64,000 nucleotides of DNA, from assembly GCF_036365525.1 (NCBI RefSeq), contig NC_090411.1:27230819-27294818 (forward strand), read 5' to 3'. The translations under genes were made by a program, and so were the position numbers. Below the pieces are notes generated by a model, which was not told the origin of the DNA, did no database searches, and saw only the letters and a list, made by a program, of their open reading frames with translations. Shown piece by piece: positions 25,316-39,304 of this stretch (its first letter is position 1; each line of letters opens with the position of its first letter). The stretch is from Heterodontus francisci. Lineage: Eukaryota.

Positions 25316-26290
25316 GTCTCTGCTGTTTGCCTGGGAGTTTCCAGTGGATTTTCTTGTGAGACCTGGAGACTGCCTACAGAATTTAGAGCCTATGCTATTA
25401 CACAAAAAAAATGCTTTTCTTAAATAAGCTCATGTTCCACAATGTCGAAATAAGCCAATATCACCAACTACAAATGAAGGAGGCCATTTGGTCCATCAAG
25501 CTCATTTTTCCATAGCAACTTGCAATCCCACCACAGCATCTAACTACGTTGTGAATGACTGGAGTTTGTCGCTCCTTTATGCAACTCCAAAGAGAATGGT
25601 CTGGTTAGGGCAATTAGGCCTTGACCCAAGTCTCTCAATAACAAAAAAAAAGCTTCTGTTCCTCCCTCTGTGTTTTGCACCTATTGGCAGAGCCTCGGAA
25701 AGCTGGGTAGGCAGAATCAAACGACACAAAACTCTGCATTGTACCAATATCAATCTCCCATTGTGAAAACAAAATTTAACAACATAGTTCGCTTTTGGAG
25801 AAATAAACACTGAACCTCCCTCCCAGTTTGAATACTTTAGTTCCCCTTGGTTGGATTGAGCAAGGGCAAGGGTTGTACATTTGATAGTGGAGGTTCGGAT
25901 TCTAGGCTGGACAGACAAAGCATCCATCCTGTCCTGTGTTTCTGCCACTGATATTTCTTTCCTAGCACCTTTCCTGATCATAGTTCTGTATGTTAAACTC
26001 CTGTATGTACACAATGTCCAAGTGTGTATTTTTTTTAAAAAGTTAATACGATGCAGTAAAGCTGAATGTGCTGTATATCAAAGTCAGAGATTATTACACA
26101 GTACAGAACTCAAAGAATTAAAAGTTTGCTACGGATGATTCAAAAAGCAGCAGGATGCTTACATGCAAGGTGGGGTTTTTCTCCCCGTCCGCCACATGTT
26201 TTCTTTGACGCCATCAATATAGTACTTCCTCATCAACTGAACAAACCTGTAAATTTGTATATGAATTTAGTGGGCTAGTTTAAATTAACA

Positions 26291-26315
26291 AATAAAGTCA
26301 TATACGAGAAATAAA
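26291..26315 (+). promoter_or_regulatory. Candidate distal polyadenylation signals of the BRSK gene (two AATAAA)
   Basis: AATAAA at 26291 and 26310 after an AT/TGTA-rich, repeat-free, UTR-like stretch (about 25960-26290), followed by a T-run. Confidence 0.45.
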
Positions 26316-27281
26316 TCAGTCTTTGAAATTTTTTTTAATGCAAACTGTACAAATTTAAACACACAATCTCCATACCATAAAGGGAATGCAAAGCACCGGT
26401 GTTGCTTTGGAGTGGTGCTGACAGTTATGTCATAGAAAGATCTGACTCCCACACTTGTGGTTCTTGGTAGATCAGACAAAATCTCCATACAAATGCTTGG
26501 AAGAATCTGGGGTGAGAGCTATGTGCACCCTTGTCTTTGCACCATTGTTAGATGGATGCAGACTAGGAAGTCCCAAATTTTGTACCTTAGTCTGTGTAGA
26601 AATTAGGTGCTTTCAGCCAGGGCAACAATAGAGCCATTACCATTGCCCTCTGCACCACTGGGCTATTAGGGGAGATCTGGAGTCAGAAAGGGTATATGCC
26701 TTTGTGAGATGAGCATAGAATTTGGTTCAGCCACCCCACTGTCTAGATTTACACATTAAGAACATTCAGTGGCCAGAGTGGGGAGGGACTGGTGCCTGTA
26801 AAACAGTGATATATTCAGGAGGGGGGAAGCTGGAGCAAGATTTTTATTTTTCTTTCTTTGCCAAAAGGGTGTGACCATTAAAAGCAGAAACTTTAGATCA
26901 GAGCTTAATATCGAAGGAAACTTTTTTTTTAAGACTTTAAGAACGACTAGTAGATCTCTATGACATTGTAAACAGTACGTTAGATGATAGTGTTACTAAG
27001 GTGAAGCTGTATCCCTATAAGGCCACTATGTAGAATTGCTGTTAAGTAAACACAGGATGAAGTCAATAACTGACTTGCTCATTTACATTATTTTGCATCT
27101 GTAACCAAGTGTAACCCTAAAATGTGACAAATATTTGCTAGATACAAGTCTATAGAATAACTGGAGTTTAAAAAATATGGAAAGTTAAAAGAATGCCAGA
27201 AACCACACATGTTCAGTGAATGTTAAAGTTATTTTTTTATTTTTCAGTTTTCTTGTGAGATGCAATGTATGATCTTAAGAG

Positions 27282-27287
27282 TTTATT
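27282..27287 (-). promoter_or_regulatory. Candidate polyadenylation signal of MOB2 (implies a 3' UTR of about 4.4 kb)
   Basis: tttatt on + (AATAAA on -) at the end of a largely repeat-poor stretch 27290-31640 downstream of the MOB2 stop. Confidence 0.4.
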
Positions 27288-30200
27288 ACATCCAGTATTA
27301 ATAGACTACTATAGGCTTCCTGTAAATTAACAACTCATTGTAACAACAAGCTGGCACCATCAGTGCAGTTGTGGGTTGAAGCCAAAGCATCCCTTTTGAT
27401 CTGGTACTGTCAGTTTGTAAGCACACCCCTTCCTGTTAGCCAATCATTGAGTGCACCAACAGTGAATAGCTGAGGACACCACACTATCCTTTCACACGCA
27501 TTCCAAGCCCAAGGGCTTTCAATGAGAGAGAAATAAAATTAAAAGTCTACAAGTAATCAAATAAAATTATATGAAAGATAACTGGGGTGCAATTTGTCTC
27601 CGGGACTCATTACAATGCACCACACCTGGCAATGTTTCAGGCACCCTCATCACTATCTCAGAAGTAGTCAGCAGCAGAAATCAAAATCAATGATTATTCA
27701 AGTTCAAAGATGAGAGGATGCAACAGAAATCATTGCCAACACTCCTCCATACCTCCAGCCACCAAGATCACGAATGATTCTTCCTCCAAGAGTGAACCCA
27801 ACCCAATTTGCTTTCTGTGGAATGAGGTAAGTTCCACCTTGGTAATCACACTAAGTGGCTACGCTCAAATCTCAAGTCAAGCAGACGAGTTCTAGTCCAC
27901 TAGCCCAGGAGTGAAGCATCGAGAGAACACATACATCTGCTCAATAATTTTATAATTTTAAAAAACTAAAACACTGCATATTGCACCCAAAAAGGATGTC
28001 ACAGCTTCAGAATGACAGAGACTGGCTTCATCGCCACTCAAGTACATCAGCACAGTCCAACATAGCCTTTAACCCTGATATGTACATTTAAACAATGTGT
28101 GTGACTCCTCTTGCTACTCGTCCAAAAACACCCAGGGGTTCTGTCATCAAACACCATCATTTCTACAAGTTCCCGTTTCAAGGTCTTTGCTTCCCACACA
28201 AACAAAAAAGTCAAAAACAGTAAAATGGAAGCCCTGTACTTGCTAACACAATGTACAGCGAATGCAGCAGGGAGTAATCATTCAGACTGTTAAAAACAAA
28301 AATCATTCAGTGGCATCAGGCAACATAACTCACTCATACTTGCAATTCTCATGAATTCAGCCTGGAGCCACCTCCTTGGTTGCGAACCCTTCACTTCCAG
28401 TCATGTAGGCACTGTTTCTACAAATGACATGGGACACATCATTTTCTAATTTCCTGGCCCCTCCACCACACAAAAAAAAAATTAAACAACATTTGGCGTT
28501 GTAGCTACTCACTCTAAGTCATTTTCTATTCCGAAGCAGCCGGTTCCTCCCTCTTCAAACTCCTCCCTTTATGGTGCTTCTCGCTTGAGCTTGCCACTGC
28601 CTCATGTTTCAGGAGTGGGATCGCGCGTGTGCCGCTTGCCTACATTTGCCCTGAGCCAGTCTCTGTAGCTGTGCAGCATCCAGAGAGTTAAAAGCATCGG
28701 GTCGGTCTCTCTGTGGTTACAGAACTAAAACCAGTGTCCTTATTCTAAACAGTAGAACCACATCTTCCTGAACCTACAATGCCATCAGTTCTTAGAACGG
28801 GAGTTTGCTTACACAAAAAAGTGCAGCAGAGAGAGAGAGAGAGAGAGAAATCCACACATCTGTTGCCAGCTGCACTTCTTTCGTGTAAACATGCCAAATT
28901 TAAACCCACAAATCCTGGATTAAAACTACTGTAATATGCATTTACACGCAAACGTATCATGGTGCTAGCAGGTGATCTACGCACCAGTCACTCCAAGTGA
29001 AGTGATCATGCAGCCTGTGTTCTGCTCCAATCAAAAAGAACACATCCTGCCAAAATAAATAGTATTTGTACTTGACAGGAGAAACAAAAATTAAAAAAAG
29101 CAAACCTTCCAGTCACCGCTGAGATTCTTAAATATTTTATAACAACCTTTGCAAAGATGACCTTATCATGGAGCAAATCAGGATAAGGTTAATAAAATTA
29201 ACAGATTAATAAATGTTAATAAATTGAAGTACATTGCATTGTTACGGTCTTTAAAAAGTAAACCTGGAAATAAAACTGGCACCTCATAAACCCAGTCCAC
29301 TTCAGATGTTACTGACAGAGTATACCAGTTGTGGCCACCCAATCTGGTCAGTTTAAAAAGCAGACATTTCTCCTCCCCACCCCCCCCCCCCCCCCCCACA
29401 CCCCTCCCACCCCACATACCATGGCCTTCACCGTAAAATTACCCCTTTAGAGTCAAATTATTACCAGCTATGCTCTAAAATCCAAAACAGAGATTAAAAT
29501 TAAAACTGATTTTCTACTGATCAAAGTCCATGAGCTGCTCATTTCTAACCACTCCTTCCTTTCCTGGAGGGATTGGCCCTGGCTGGGGTATGTTTCTACT
29601 GAATGAACAAAACTTTTAAAATGCACATCTAACAGGAGTTCATTGGACTCAAGTTATTGCTAGTACACAAGATCTGTGTTTTACTTAATCTCTGTGTTCC
29701 ATAATTTACCTAACTCACATTTAACAGAAAAAAGGAGTGACTCTCTAAGGTATCATAATGCTTCTGATGTCACAGTATTTTCTATGTGATTCTGCAACAG
29801 TGGGAATGGCCTCCAGCTCTTACAAAGATAGTGTTAAAGAGAGCAGAGAAAATAATTTAAAAATTGCTGTGTCAAAGCTTCTGCTTGAGAGGAGAATGGA
29901 GAAAGGAGGGGGAAAAAAGGGGGGGGCTCGCTAATGGGTCACACAAACCTTTCCACTATGATAAAGACCTTTAGATCTGCTCTGGAATCAAAGATCTCAG
30001 GAAAATATAGGATGAGTATTGGGATCTTGAGGATACCTCACGTAACTCAACTTTTCTGCGACCACAGCGGGGTCATGGCAGCTTATCCCAATATACAAGA
30101 TTAAAAATATTAGTAAGCAGAAAAAAAGTGCATGAGACACAATCCAAATGATTTCAGGACTTAAACCATTGTTTCCCACCACCTCTCAAACTATATAAAT

Positions 30201-31642
30201 CTAGTTGTAAGCAGAGGAGGGAGAGCTAGGACCTTTACCTGCGATGCTGGCTTTTATTCCAACATGCTAAAAGTTAATTTGGTTCCAAAGGACAAGGCGC
30301 AGTAAAATTCATACAAATAACTTAAAACCCACAGGCACAAGGGGGAGGTGATTCACACCCACGATTCTGAGGTCATCAGCAGAACTATTTTCATCTATCC
30401 CACCACTCCCAAGTCAGTAGTGTAATGCATTAATGTAAAAATAAAAGAAATAGAACTTTCAGCAGTCGTAATCCTGCCCCACAAAAATGGACTACAACGC
30501 AGACTAAACCCTGATCTGGCACCGCCTGGTAATCTCGCTCAGGAGCTGGCAAGGGTGTGGAAACGGAAATATGCCATACTGGCGCAGCAAGACAAGGCTT
30601 TTCCGAGACTACGGCTCTACAGCTGAGGCACGTTGTTGGGACTTTACTCTGCAAATAATGCATGCTGTAATTGAGTGCCTGATGCTCACAACAGAAAGTG
30701 TTCTGTTCCCCAGCACAAGCTACATTCACTCCGATGAGCACAGAAATTCATGCCAAGAAGAGTCAAATATATACCAGTTTTATGGAACATTGATGGCCAC
30801 AGGTTTTCTTTTGAGTTCATGTGACATCAGTGCCACTTCTAAGCTCATAGATAACTCAAAGATTGCATGCAGGATATAAAATAAGTTGCAAGTCACAAAA
30901 GGACCTTCTGAAACATTAGGATCAGTAAATGTGGGCTAACTTCAATAGAGTTCACTTGTTGGCACCAACCAATAATAGAACTAGGAAAATGGAGCAGGAA
31001 TAGCAGCATGCCCCTCGAAGCAAAAGCTGTCTCCAGTTTGGTTACAAATATACCCAGGAATTGTTAACAAATAAAACCAAAACAAAAAAATCTATATGCA
31101 TACAACGGAAGCCCTTATCTGTTCTATACTACAAGCCATATATGTTTCTCTAAGGATCTTTCCAATTTCATTGCTCTGCCTGCAGATTTGTGGCATTCAC
31201 ACCACATTCCACGCCAAACCGGAGAATAGTAATGGAGGACCTGAAGAAACTGGATACTTCACCCGTGACAGCAAGTGACATCAGTTATTTCATGAATGCC
31301 AACAGATCCATAACGAGCAGCAAACAAGTTATGGGAATCTTCTGCAAAAGTGAAAAAAAAACTCATTACTTGCCGTCACTGAGCATGAAGGAGGACGGGG
31401 CTAAATAACACCTTATACAGTTTAGCATTGGCAGACAATGATGATATTCAGTAAGGCTGTCATAAAGGATAACTGCAGTACTGGGGGTTCAACGCAGTCA
31501 CCATTTTGGGCCACTTGGAATCACTGATTTGTTGGTCACATGTTACTTCAACGTTGCCATGGGCAACATGATCTCTTAAGTTATTACTCTTTCCACTAAA
31601 GAAAATATTTCTAATATCCATGATGTGCATTGGCCGTCTGGC

Positions 31643-31911
31643 TCATCTGTGGTTAACATGGTTCTGGGGCTGTGGTGCACCAGAGAGGAGAACATCCGTT
31701 AAGTCCCTCATCACGGCTGTTTCCTTGGGGTCAATGAGATTGAACTCCCTGACAAAGATCAGAAAGTGCGTGTACAAGGTATTGAGGTGTGGGTACAGTT
31801 CAAGGGCCACAACTTCCTTGAAGTGGGCATAGTAGATATGAGCAAGAACGTGGAAGAGGTAGCGGCTGATTTTCTGAACGAGTGATTCAAAGGAGCTCGG
31901 GAAGTCTTTAC
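31643..31911 (-). CDS. MOB2: MOB2-family terminal coding exon (KDFPSSFESLVQKISRYLFHVLAHIYYAHFKEVVALELYPHLNTLYTHF...QNHVNHR*)
   Basis: Acceptor ccaacag. Contains the HVLAHIYxAHF zinc-ligand His motif and a C-terminal QNHV like MOB2; TGA at 31645-31643. The five exons total 696 nt = 231 aa + stop. Confidence 0.95.
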
Positions 31912-32969
31912 CTGTTGGCAGAATGGGAGACCAGTCAACTTCACAAAATCAACAGTTCTTTTACATATGCATGGACAATCACATGCACAGACAAGCATGC
32001 GCACAAAGACACAAAACAGCTGGATGGTGCGGGTGTGAAAATTTTGTCCCAGATTCAATTGTTGTATGAGGAATAGAACAATTGCAGAATTTATCCTCTT
32101 TTCAACAGGTGTGAATTAACAAAGCATTTAGAGCTGTCAACGCAGTAAATTTTGAATGCTACAGGTCAATCACTGATCCACCATCTGCAATCCGAGACAG
32201 TGAATTACCACACAAGGGCTGGGATTTTACAGAGCCTGAAGAAGCAGGATAGGAGGCAGGCGGTGGCGTGACCATTGCTTTCCCGCCGTCATGGCATTTT
32301 TGACAGTGGCCGGGAAGATGGAGGACGGCCCTCCTGCTCAAAGGCCAACTGAGCAACTTAAATGGCCAATTAGGAGCCTCTTCCCTGCTTCACTGGCATT
32401 TTTCCAGCAATGGGTGGGCCCTCTGCCGCATGGGGAGACTGCCAGGTAAACACTGGTGGCCTCCCTGTGGGGGAGGGGGTGGGCGCTCCTAATTGGGTGC
32501 CTAGGCAGCAACGGCCACTGCTGCAGCAACACTACCCTCCCCCCACCAACACCTGCACCCAACCCCCGCCACGATCTTCCTCCCCACCCCACCAGGGCCT
32601 ACCTGACTGGCCCCGGCGACCCCCAACCCCACCTACCTTGATCCGAGGGCAGCGTCCATACTGCTTCTCCCGGTTGAGTGCAGTCCCAGCAGTGGCCACC
32701 ACTCCTGGTGGTGTTGCTAGGACTGAAGAGCTGCCGGCCCTCCAATGAGCTGCCCTGACAAGACATAAAAGTCCAGTCGGTGCTCCCCGAAATGGCCAAG
32801 GCGGGATTGTCTCCAGTTTTCCGGCCTGTCATCGGCACCACTGCCACCCCAACAAAACGTGCACCAAAGTGCACCAATACACAACATACATATAGGTTTA
32901 TACAGGTCACTACAATATTCGTTTGCCAAGTAACCATTTTGGGAATGAAAACCAGAGTAAAGGTCAAGA

Positions 32970-34212
32970 TTGAGTTTTTTGAGGAAGTGAAGAAGATGAT
33001 TGATGAGGGAAGGGTGGTGGATGTTGTCTATATGGACTTTAGTAAAGCCTTTGACAAGGTCCCGCATGGCAGACTGGTGCAAAAGGTGAAGTCACACGGG
33101 ATCAGAGGTGAGCTGGCAAGATGGATACAGAACTGGCTCAGTCACAGAAGACAGAGGGTAACAGCGGATGGGTGTTTTTCTGAATGGAGGGATGTGACTA
33201 GTGGTGTTCCGCAGGGATCAGTGCTGGGACCTTTGCTGTTTGTAGTATATATAAATGATTTGGAGGAAAATGCAGCTGGTCTGATTAGTAAGTTTGCGGA
33301 CGACACAAAGGTTGGTGGAGTTGCGGATATTGATGAGGATTGTCAGAGGATACAGCAGGATATAGATCGGTTGGAGACTTGGGCGGAGAAATGGCAGATG
33401 GAGTTTAATCCGGACAAATGTGAGGTAATGCATTTTGGAAGGTCTAATGCAGGTGGGAGGTATACAGTAAATGGCAGAACCCTTAGGAGTATTGATAGGC
33501 AAAGAGATCTGGGCGTACAGGTCCACAGGTCACTGAAAGTGGCAACGCAGGTGGATAAGGTAGTCAAGAAGGCATACAGCATGCTTGCCTTCATCGGTCG
33601 GGGCATAGAGTATAAAAATTGGCAAGTCATGTTGCAGCTGTACAGAACCTTAGTTAGGCCACACTTAGAATATTGCGTGCAATTCTGGTCGCCACACTAC
33701 CAGAAGGACGTGGAGGCTTTGGAGAGCATACAGAGGAGGTTTACCAGGATGTTGCCTGGTCTGGAGGGCATTAGCTATGAGGAGAGGTTGGAAAAACTCA
33801 GATTGTTTTCACTGGAATGACGGAGGTGGAGGGGCGACATGATAGAGGTTTACAAAGTTATGAGTGGCATGGACAGAGTGGATAGTCAGAAGCTTTTTCC
33901 CAGGGTGGAAGAGTCAGTTACTAGGGGACATAGGTTTAAGGTTCGAGGGGCAAAGTTTAGAGGGGGTGTGCGAGGCAGGTTTTTTTTACACAGAGGGTGG
34001 TGAGTGCCTGGAACTTGCGGCCGGGGGAGGTGGTGGAAGCAGATACGATAGTGACGTTTAAGAGACATCTTGACAAATATATGAATAGGAAGGGAATAGA
34101 GGGATATGGGCCCCGGAAGTGCAGAAGATGCTAGTTTCGGCAGGCATCAAGATCGGCGCAGACTTGGAGGGCCGAATGGCCTGTTCCTGTGCTGTACTGT
34201 TCTTTGTTCTTT
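32970..34212 (+). mobile_element. CR1-clade LINE, 5'-truncated, relatively young (in the last MOB2 intron)
   Basis: VDVVYMDFSKAFDKVPH, SGVPQGSVLGPLLF, KFADDTK, LVRPHLEYCVQFWSP; premature TGA at 33818; CR1-type tail gggccgaatggcctgttcctgtgctgtactgttctttgttct. Confidence 0.93.
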
Positions 34213-34363
34213 ACAGCATATGCATTTATATGGATTGTGGGTAGGTATAAGCAGACCAGTTCCGTGTTTGCATACAAATGCCCTATTTGATTTTGGACAG
34301 AGCAACAGGCAGAAAACCCAACATACATGAAAATAGTTAAATTCATGAGAATAAAGAACTTAC

Positions 34364-34488
34364 CATACTTGGTAGGGAAAATTTCCTCATCGGTCAGTAG
34401 TTTTTGGATGTGCGTCATCACTAGGTCAATATATTGTGGTGCAGTACACTTTATTTTCTTCCCTCGCTCATCTGTCCAGAAATACTGA
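34364..34488 (-). CDS. MOB2: MOB2-family coding exon (QYFWTDERGKKIKCTAPQYIDLVMTHIQKLLTDEEIFPTKYG)
   Basis: Acceptor ttattgttacag, donor gtaagt; within ORF 34131..34505; matches MOB2 DERGKKxKCTAPQY and FPTKYG. Confidence 0.95.
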
Positions 34489-36117
34489 CTGTAACAATAA
34501 AACAAATTATTGGCGACAGACTGAGCAACATAGAGCTCAATAACTCATCTTCATATGTTAGCCTGAATCAGTGCGCACCTGTAGACTACTCAATACTGAA
34601 GGGCATCACAGCGAGCCTGATCCTATCCTGACATCAACAAAAAGCATATTTAGGAACATAGAAATAGTAGGCCATTCGAGCCCCTGAGCCTGTCCTGTGA
34701 TTCTATCAGAACACAACTGATGTGTACCTCAACTCTATTCACCTGCATTTGTTCCAGATCCCTCCATACACTTAGCTAACAAAGAACTGTTGATCTTAGT
34801 CATGAAAATTTCTATTAGCCCAGCATCAATAGCTTTTGGGAGAGTGAGAACTTCCACAACCCTTTGCACAGAAAAAGTGCTCCTGGATTTCACTCCTAAA
34901 TTGCTCAGCTCTAATTTTAAGATAACTATTCAGTGATCTCTGCTGGATGGTTATCAGAAACGGATATGTGGCTAATTCATCCCTTTTGAACCCAGTAACA
35001 TGGAGACCAAATGTAGTGCCCAAACCACTGAACAGCTGAAATCAACAGACTATGCATGAAACAGGGGACCTATCATTGCTTGTGCTGCTTGTAGACACTA
35101 AGCACTGGGGGAGCGCCACATGGTATTCTATCAGCCAAATGGGATGACAAGGATGCAGGCGCAGCACTCAGAATTTAAACGACAATCATTAATAATTGAA
35201 CAGATGAGAAAGCACCAACATGTGCTATACTGGCCATATTAACAGCCAGGTTAATGTAACAGAATAAATTGTTATTCTTGCAGGAGTGTCTGAATGTTTC
35301 AGGTCAGTCAAATCGCAATGGCATTGCATCATTATCAGGCAATAACTGCAAAACTGTAGTTTGCTGTGCTGGGAGAATGCTCCATGTATACTTTTATATG
35401 TCAAATGATGTTTTTTTAAATCAGCTTTGGAAGTGTACTTTTGGGCTGCTTTGATTTGCTGGTTGAACAGCAATGTTGCCCGAGACAGGGATAGATTGTC
35501 TGTCACACAACTGGGGAAGATGAAATTCTTTTTTGTTACTGACATGATGTTCATTTTTTTTTAAAAAAAGGTATTTTATCCCCTTCTCCTTTATGGATCT
35601 CCCTGCACCAAATGAAGCCCAAAAAAGACAGGCGGATTAGCTTCCCAGAGGCTGCTCTGATATTGCTCTGCGATGCTACCATCAGCCTTAACAGTAAAAT
35701 GCAAGGAACTGGATACAGTTCTCTGAGCATTTTCTTTCACCTCTGGGATTTCACCTCAGGTCCCCTGTTTCATGCAAAGCCTTCATCCAGTTCAGACCAG
35801 AGGAACAAAGATCTACATCTCTGCAAGCTGCATGTAAAATGAGTTGGGCAGTTTCAACCTTATCAACTGATTTTTCCCTTCAATTCTCCTGCTCTATCTG
35901 TAGGAATGGGCCTGACCTACGCATTTTCTCTTTGAGCACAATGTGGAGCTGTGTATTGACGCTTTGAAACCTATGCAATGGCTTCATCTGTGATTTTAGC
36001 TGTTAAATACTCCTTAAATGCAATACATCAGCAAATTGCAAATCTATAGGGAGTTAAAGAAAATTTAAGCACACAAAAATATGTAGCACAAAACTCTAAC
36101 AAGTAAAATGTACTTAC

Positions 36118-36211
36118 ATATTACATGCATTCATTACTGGACAAGTCTCTGCTGTGCAGAACTCAGAGATCGCACTGTACTGCAGGTTTATATGATTGAA
36201 GAATGTCATCG
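36118..36211 (-). CDS. MOB2: MOB2-family coding exon (TMTFFNHINLQYSAISEFCTAETCPVMNACNI)
   Basis: Acceptor ttttgttttgatag, donor gtaagt; contains the zinc-ligand Cys pair (FCTxETC) of Mob1/phocein domains; 94 nt, phases 1/2. Confidence 0.94.
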
Positions 36212-38358
36212 CTATCAAAACAAAAATAATTAGGAGTTACAATCTAAATTAATTCTTGTAATAACAATGCTCTGCTCTATTTTCTTCCTCTCAATGACAG
36301 CTCTCAGAACTTAAAAAAAGCATCTATTGATATAAAGAATATTGGTACCTGGGAGTCACTTACACACTAGAATATAATCAAAAGGTTCTGCTGGCTTTTA
36401 GATCTCTCTATTTCTCCACGTCATGCACTATTCCATATCAGACAGTAATCTGCTCCAATGACTCTGTTCAGGAACTTTCAATGTTTGACAGACCAGTATC
36501 CGATGCTTCCCCCCTCTGTTTTCCCTTCCTCCATGTGGAGAAGTATCTTGCCTCCAATTTACTATGCTCCCCCCACCCCCTCACCCCATTCCCCAACAGA
36601 TTACCTGCTTTAAATAACTGACTACGTATAATACTAGTCAGAAAGCCTGATTCCTCCTCTCCATCAGATGTCAGTATCTCAATTTCAAAAAAAAATTCTT
36701 TCCTAAACCTCTTCCCATAAAAAACCATTCTCTTCCTCCTAGAATATGGTTTATGGGCACCAATACCCCTCAGTACATCATCCTATGCATGAGCCTGGAA
36801 CGCCTGCAGACTATTCAACTGTGCAGGGAATCACAGCTTACTCAAATATTGTCCTCTCCCAAAGTCCAGCAGGGATCACTGGTGAGCTGAATTCCCTCAG
36901 CCTAATGCAAAGATGCTGAGATCAACAACTGGTAAATCTACCACTAACCAGGCTGACATCAGCTAATTCTGTACATCCTAGGAATCAGACCTGGCACCTA
37001 CAGGTCTGAATGGCTCAGTGCCACGCCATACAGTGTATTTATACCCAGTAAGCCATCCAAGGAGCACAAGATCAACTGTTGTACACAGGCCAGAAAAATA
37101 TTAATGTAAAGGTGTTCAGAGTCCAGAGAGATTTACGATGCCACTGACAACTCAGTGAATACAGTCTACAGAACCTATTGGAAATTAATTTGAATTATTA
37201 TGTTGCAGTCAAGAGAGAAGCACAACAAGTCTTTAATGGGAGTGTTCACAATGGTACAAAGCAACAGAATGGGAAATCAATACAGCATTTTAATGGCTTC
37301 ATTGCCTGAAGGAGGGAGCTGGAGAGTTTCCAGTTCAGTTCTTGATTAGTGTCCCATCATTGAAGAAAGAATGCATTTACCAGAACAGATTACACAAGAA
37401 ACCGGTTATACTTTTACCGAGTCCTCCAGTGACTCTCAGTCAAGGCCACTGACTTTTGGTTTACGTAAAGCAAAAGTATAACCATAGGATGCGATGTCCA
37501 AAATATCTGCAACACCCACTTTAATAGGATTAACAGAAGCAAAATATGCCTCATTCAATCACCATAAACCAGCACCCGGCTCATGACAAGTGTGTATGGG
37601 TTACAAATGAGAAAGGAAAGAAAGATATTGCTTGCGAAAAAGAAAACAAAAGTGAAAGGGGGAAAATAAAAAAAACTTCTATAAATACGCAGCAGGCCAG
37701 TCAGCATCTAAAAAAGAGCGGCGGTTGTGTTTGATGGAGATCTCCCATCAGACGTGACTGAATGTGGTACTTCCAAAACACTAACCTGTCTTTTTCCTTA
37801 CAGATGCAGACAGACATGCTATATATTATGAGCATTTCTGTTTGCATTTTTTGATTTCTATTATTGTATTTCATTTTAACATCATGACAAAGAGGAGACC
37901 CACAAGAAGTACGGAAGAACAATTTGCTGGGATGTCATTTTCTTACTGTTTAACACCTGCAATGTTTTTGGACACAGCAGAAACAGCAAATGATGGTATA
38001 TGTTTGCAGGGTAAAAATTGGGTTAAAAGTACTTTACAGCAACAGGTGTCACTGCTTGGATTAGCTGGTTACACCCTTGCCAGAGACAGAACGGTATGGG
38101 CTCAAGCCCAACTCCTGCAGATAATCTAGGCAGACACTTTGGTGCAGTACTGAGGAAGGGCTACAATGTTAGAGATGCCAACTTTCAGCTGAGACATTTA
38201 GGTAAGACCCAATTCACCTAGTTCAAGTGGGCATTAAAGACCTCACAGCAGTGTTCAAAGAACAGCAGGGTGTGTCCTGGATAACCGTATGCACACCACC
38301 AAAACAAAATAAATGGCTAATCATTGCTTTGCTACTTAAGGGATCTTGCTATGCACAA

Positions 38359-38488
38359 GAAGGGTCACTGACCCGAAACGTTACTCTGCTTCTCTTTCCA
38401 CAGATGCTGCCAGACCTGCTGAGTGATTCCAGCATTTCTTGTTTTTGTTTCAGATTTCCAGCATCCGCAGTATTTTGCTTTTATATTA
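38359..38488 (+). mobile_element. Penelope-like-element-derived short insertion with 13-bp TSD, nested in a Deu-domain SINE
   Basis: TSD ttgctatgcacaa at 38346-38358 and 38489-38501; begins gaagggtcactgacccgaaacgtt. Confidence 0.75.
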
Positions 38489-39140
38489 TTGCTATGCACA
38501 ATATGTTTGCTACATTTGCCCATGTACCAGAGACTAAAAATAAGTAATTGTAGTTGAAAAGTAACTTACTCTATGGAAAACACTTTGGACATTTTGGAAA
38601 GATGTGAAAAGTCTTGAGTTTTATTGTACAAATACTGATAAATGATTTCAGTCCCATCCCCTCCCTGTCTGAATCTTTTCCATATCTCTTTATTTTACCA
38701 AATACTATCAGTAATTCTTTCAACCTTTTTGTACGCCTAAGCTACAAACACATCACAAAGTGAGATTGTTAACTACTACTGAAGGCATTTAATCTATACT
38801 TATTTTCCCTCTTTCCTTTACAGCTTTCTATATCAAGCATCACATTCTGAACAAAAAAAAACCTAACTGACATTCTCCCTGGCCTTTGCAAATGACCTTC
38901 CTTAGGAGGACCACTGGGCCATATGTAACAGCAGCCTACAAGATGACTGGCTCACCCAATGCACGCCTATCTCCCCTTCCCCACAGGAAGTGGCTAGCCT
39001 TTGCCTGGACAAACCTAGGAAATCACTGAATGGAAAATTGGAGGAGAATAAACTCCACACCCTACCAAACATTATCCCAAATGGTGCCACCATTGTATTC
39101 TCTTGCTGGAAATCTTTGACCTATTGTGAAGTTTACTCAC

Positions 39141-39304
39141 TGTTATTGGCCAACCATTCATTCTGGTCAATTTCCCTGGGCAAGCTCACAAGCATGGGCA
39201 AATCAGCATCAGACACTCGGGCTGAGGTGTACTCTGCCTCTAGATACAACTTCTTCTCCTCAGTCGAAGGCAGCTTATCATCTGGCTTTGACTTTGCAGT
39301 CTTC
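39141..39304 (-). CDS. MOB2: MOB2-family coding exon (KTAKSKPDDKLPSTEEKKLYLEAEYTSARVSDADLPMLVSLPREIDQNEWLANN)
   Basis: Acceptor tttgtctccctcag, donor gtgagt; LPREIDxNEWLA Mob motif; 164 nt, phases 2/1. Confidence 0.94.

Noticed and set aside
32780-33820. 346-aa reverse-transcriptase ORF as a possible domesticated gene
   Set aside because: A 5'-truncated CR1 fused by chance to upstream MITE and unique sequence, ending at a premature stop and followed by an ordinary CR1 tail.
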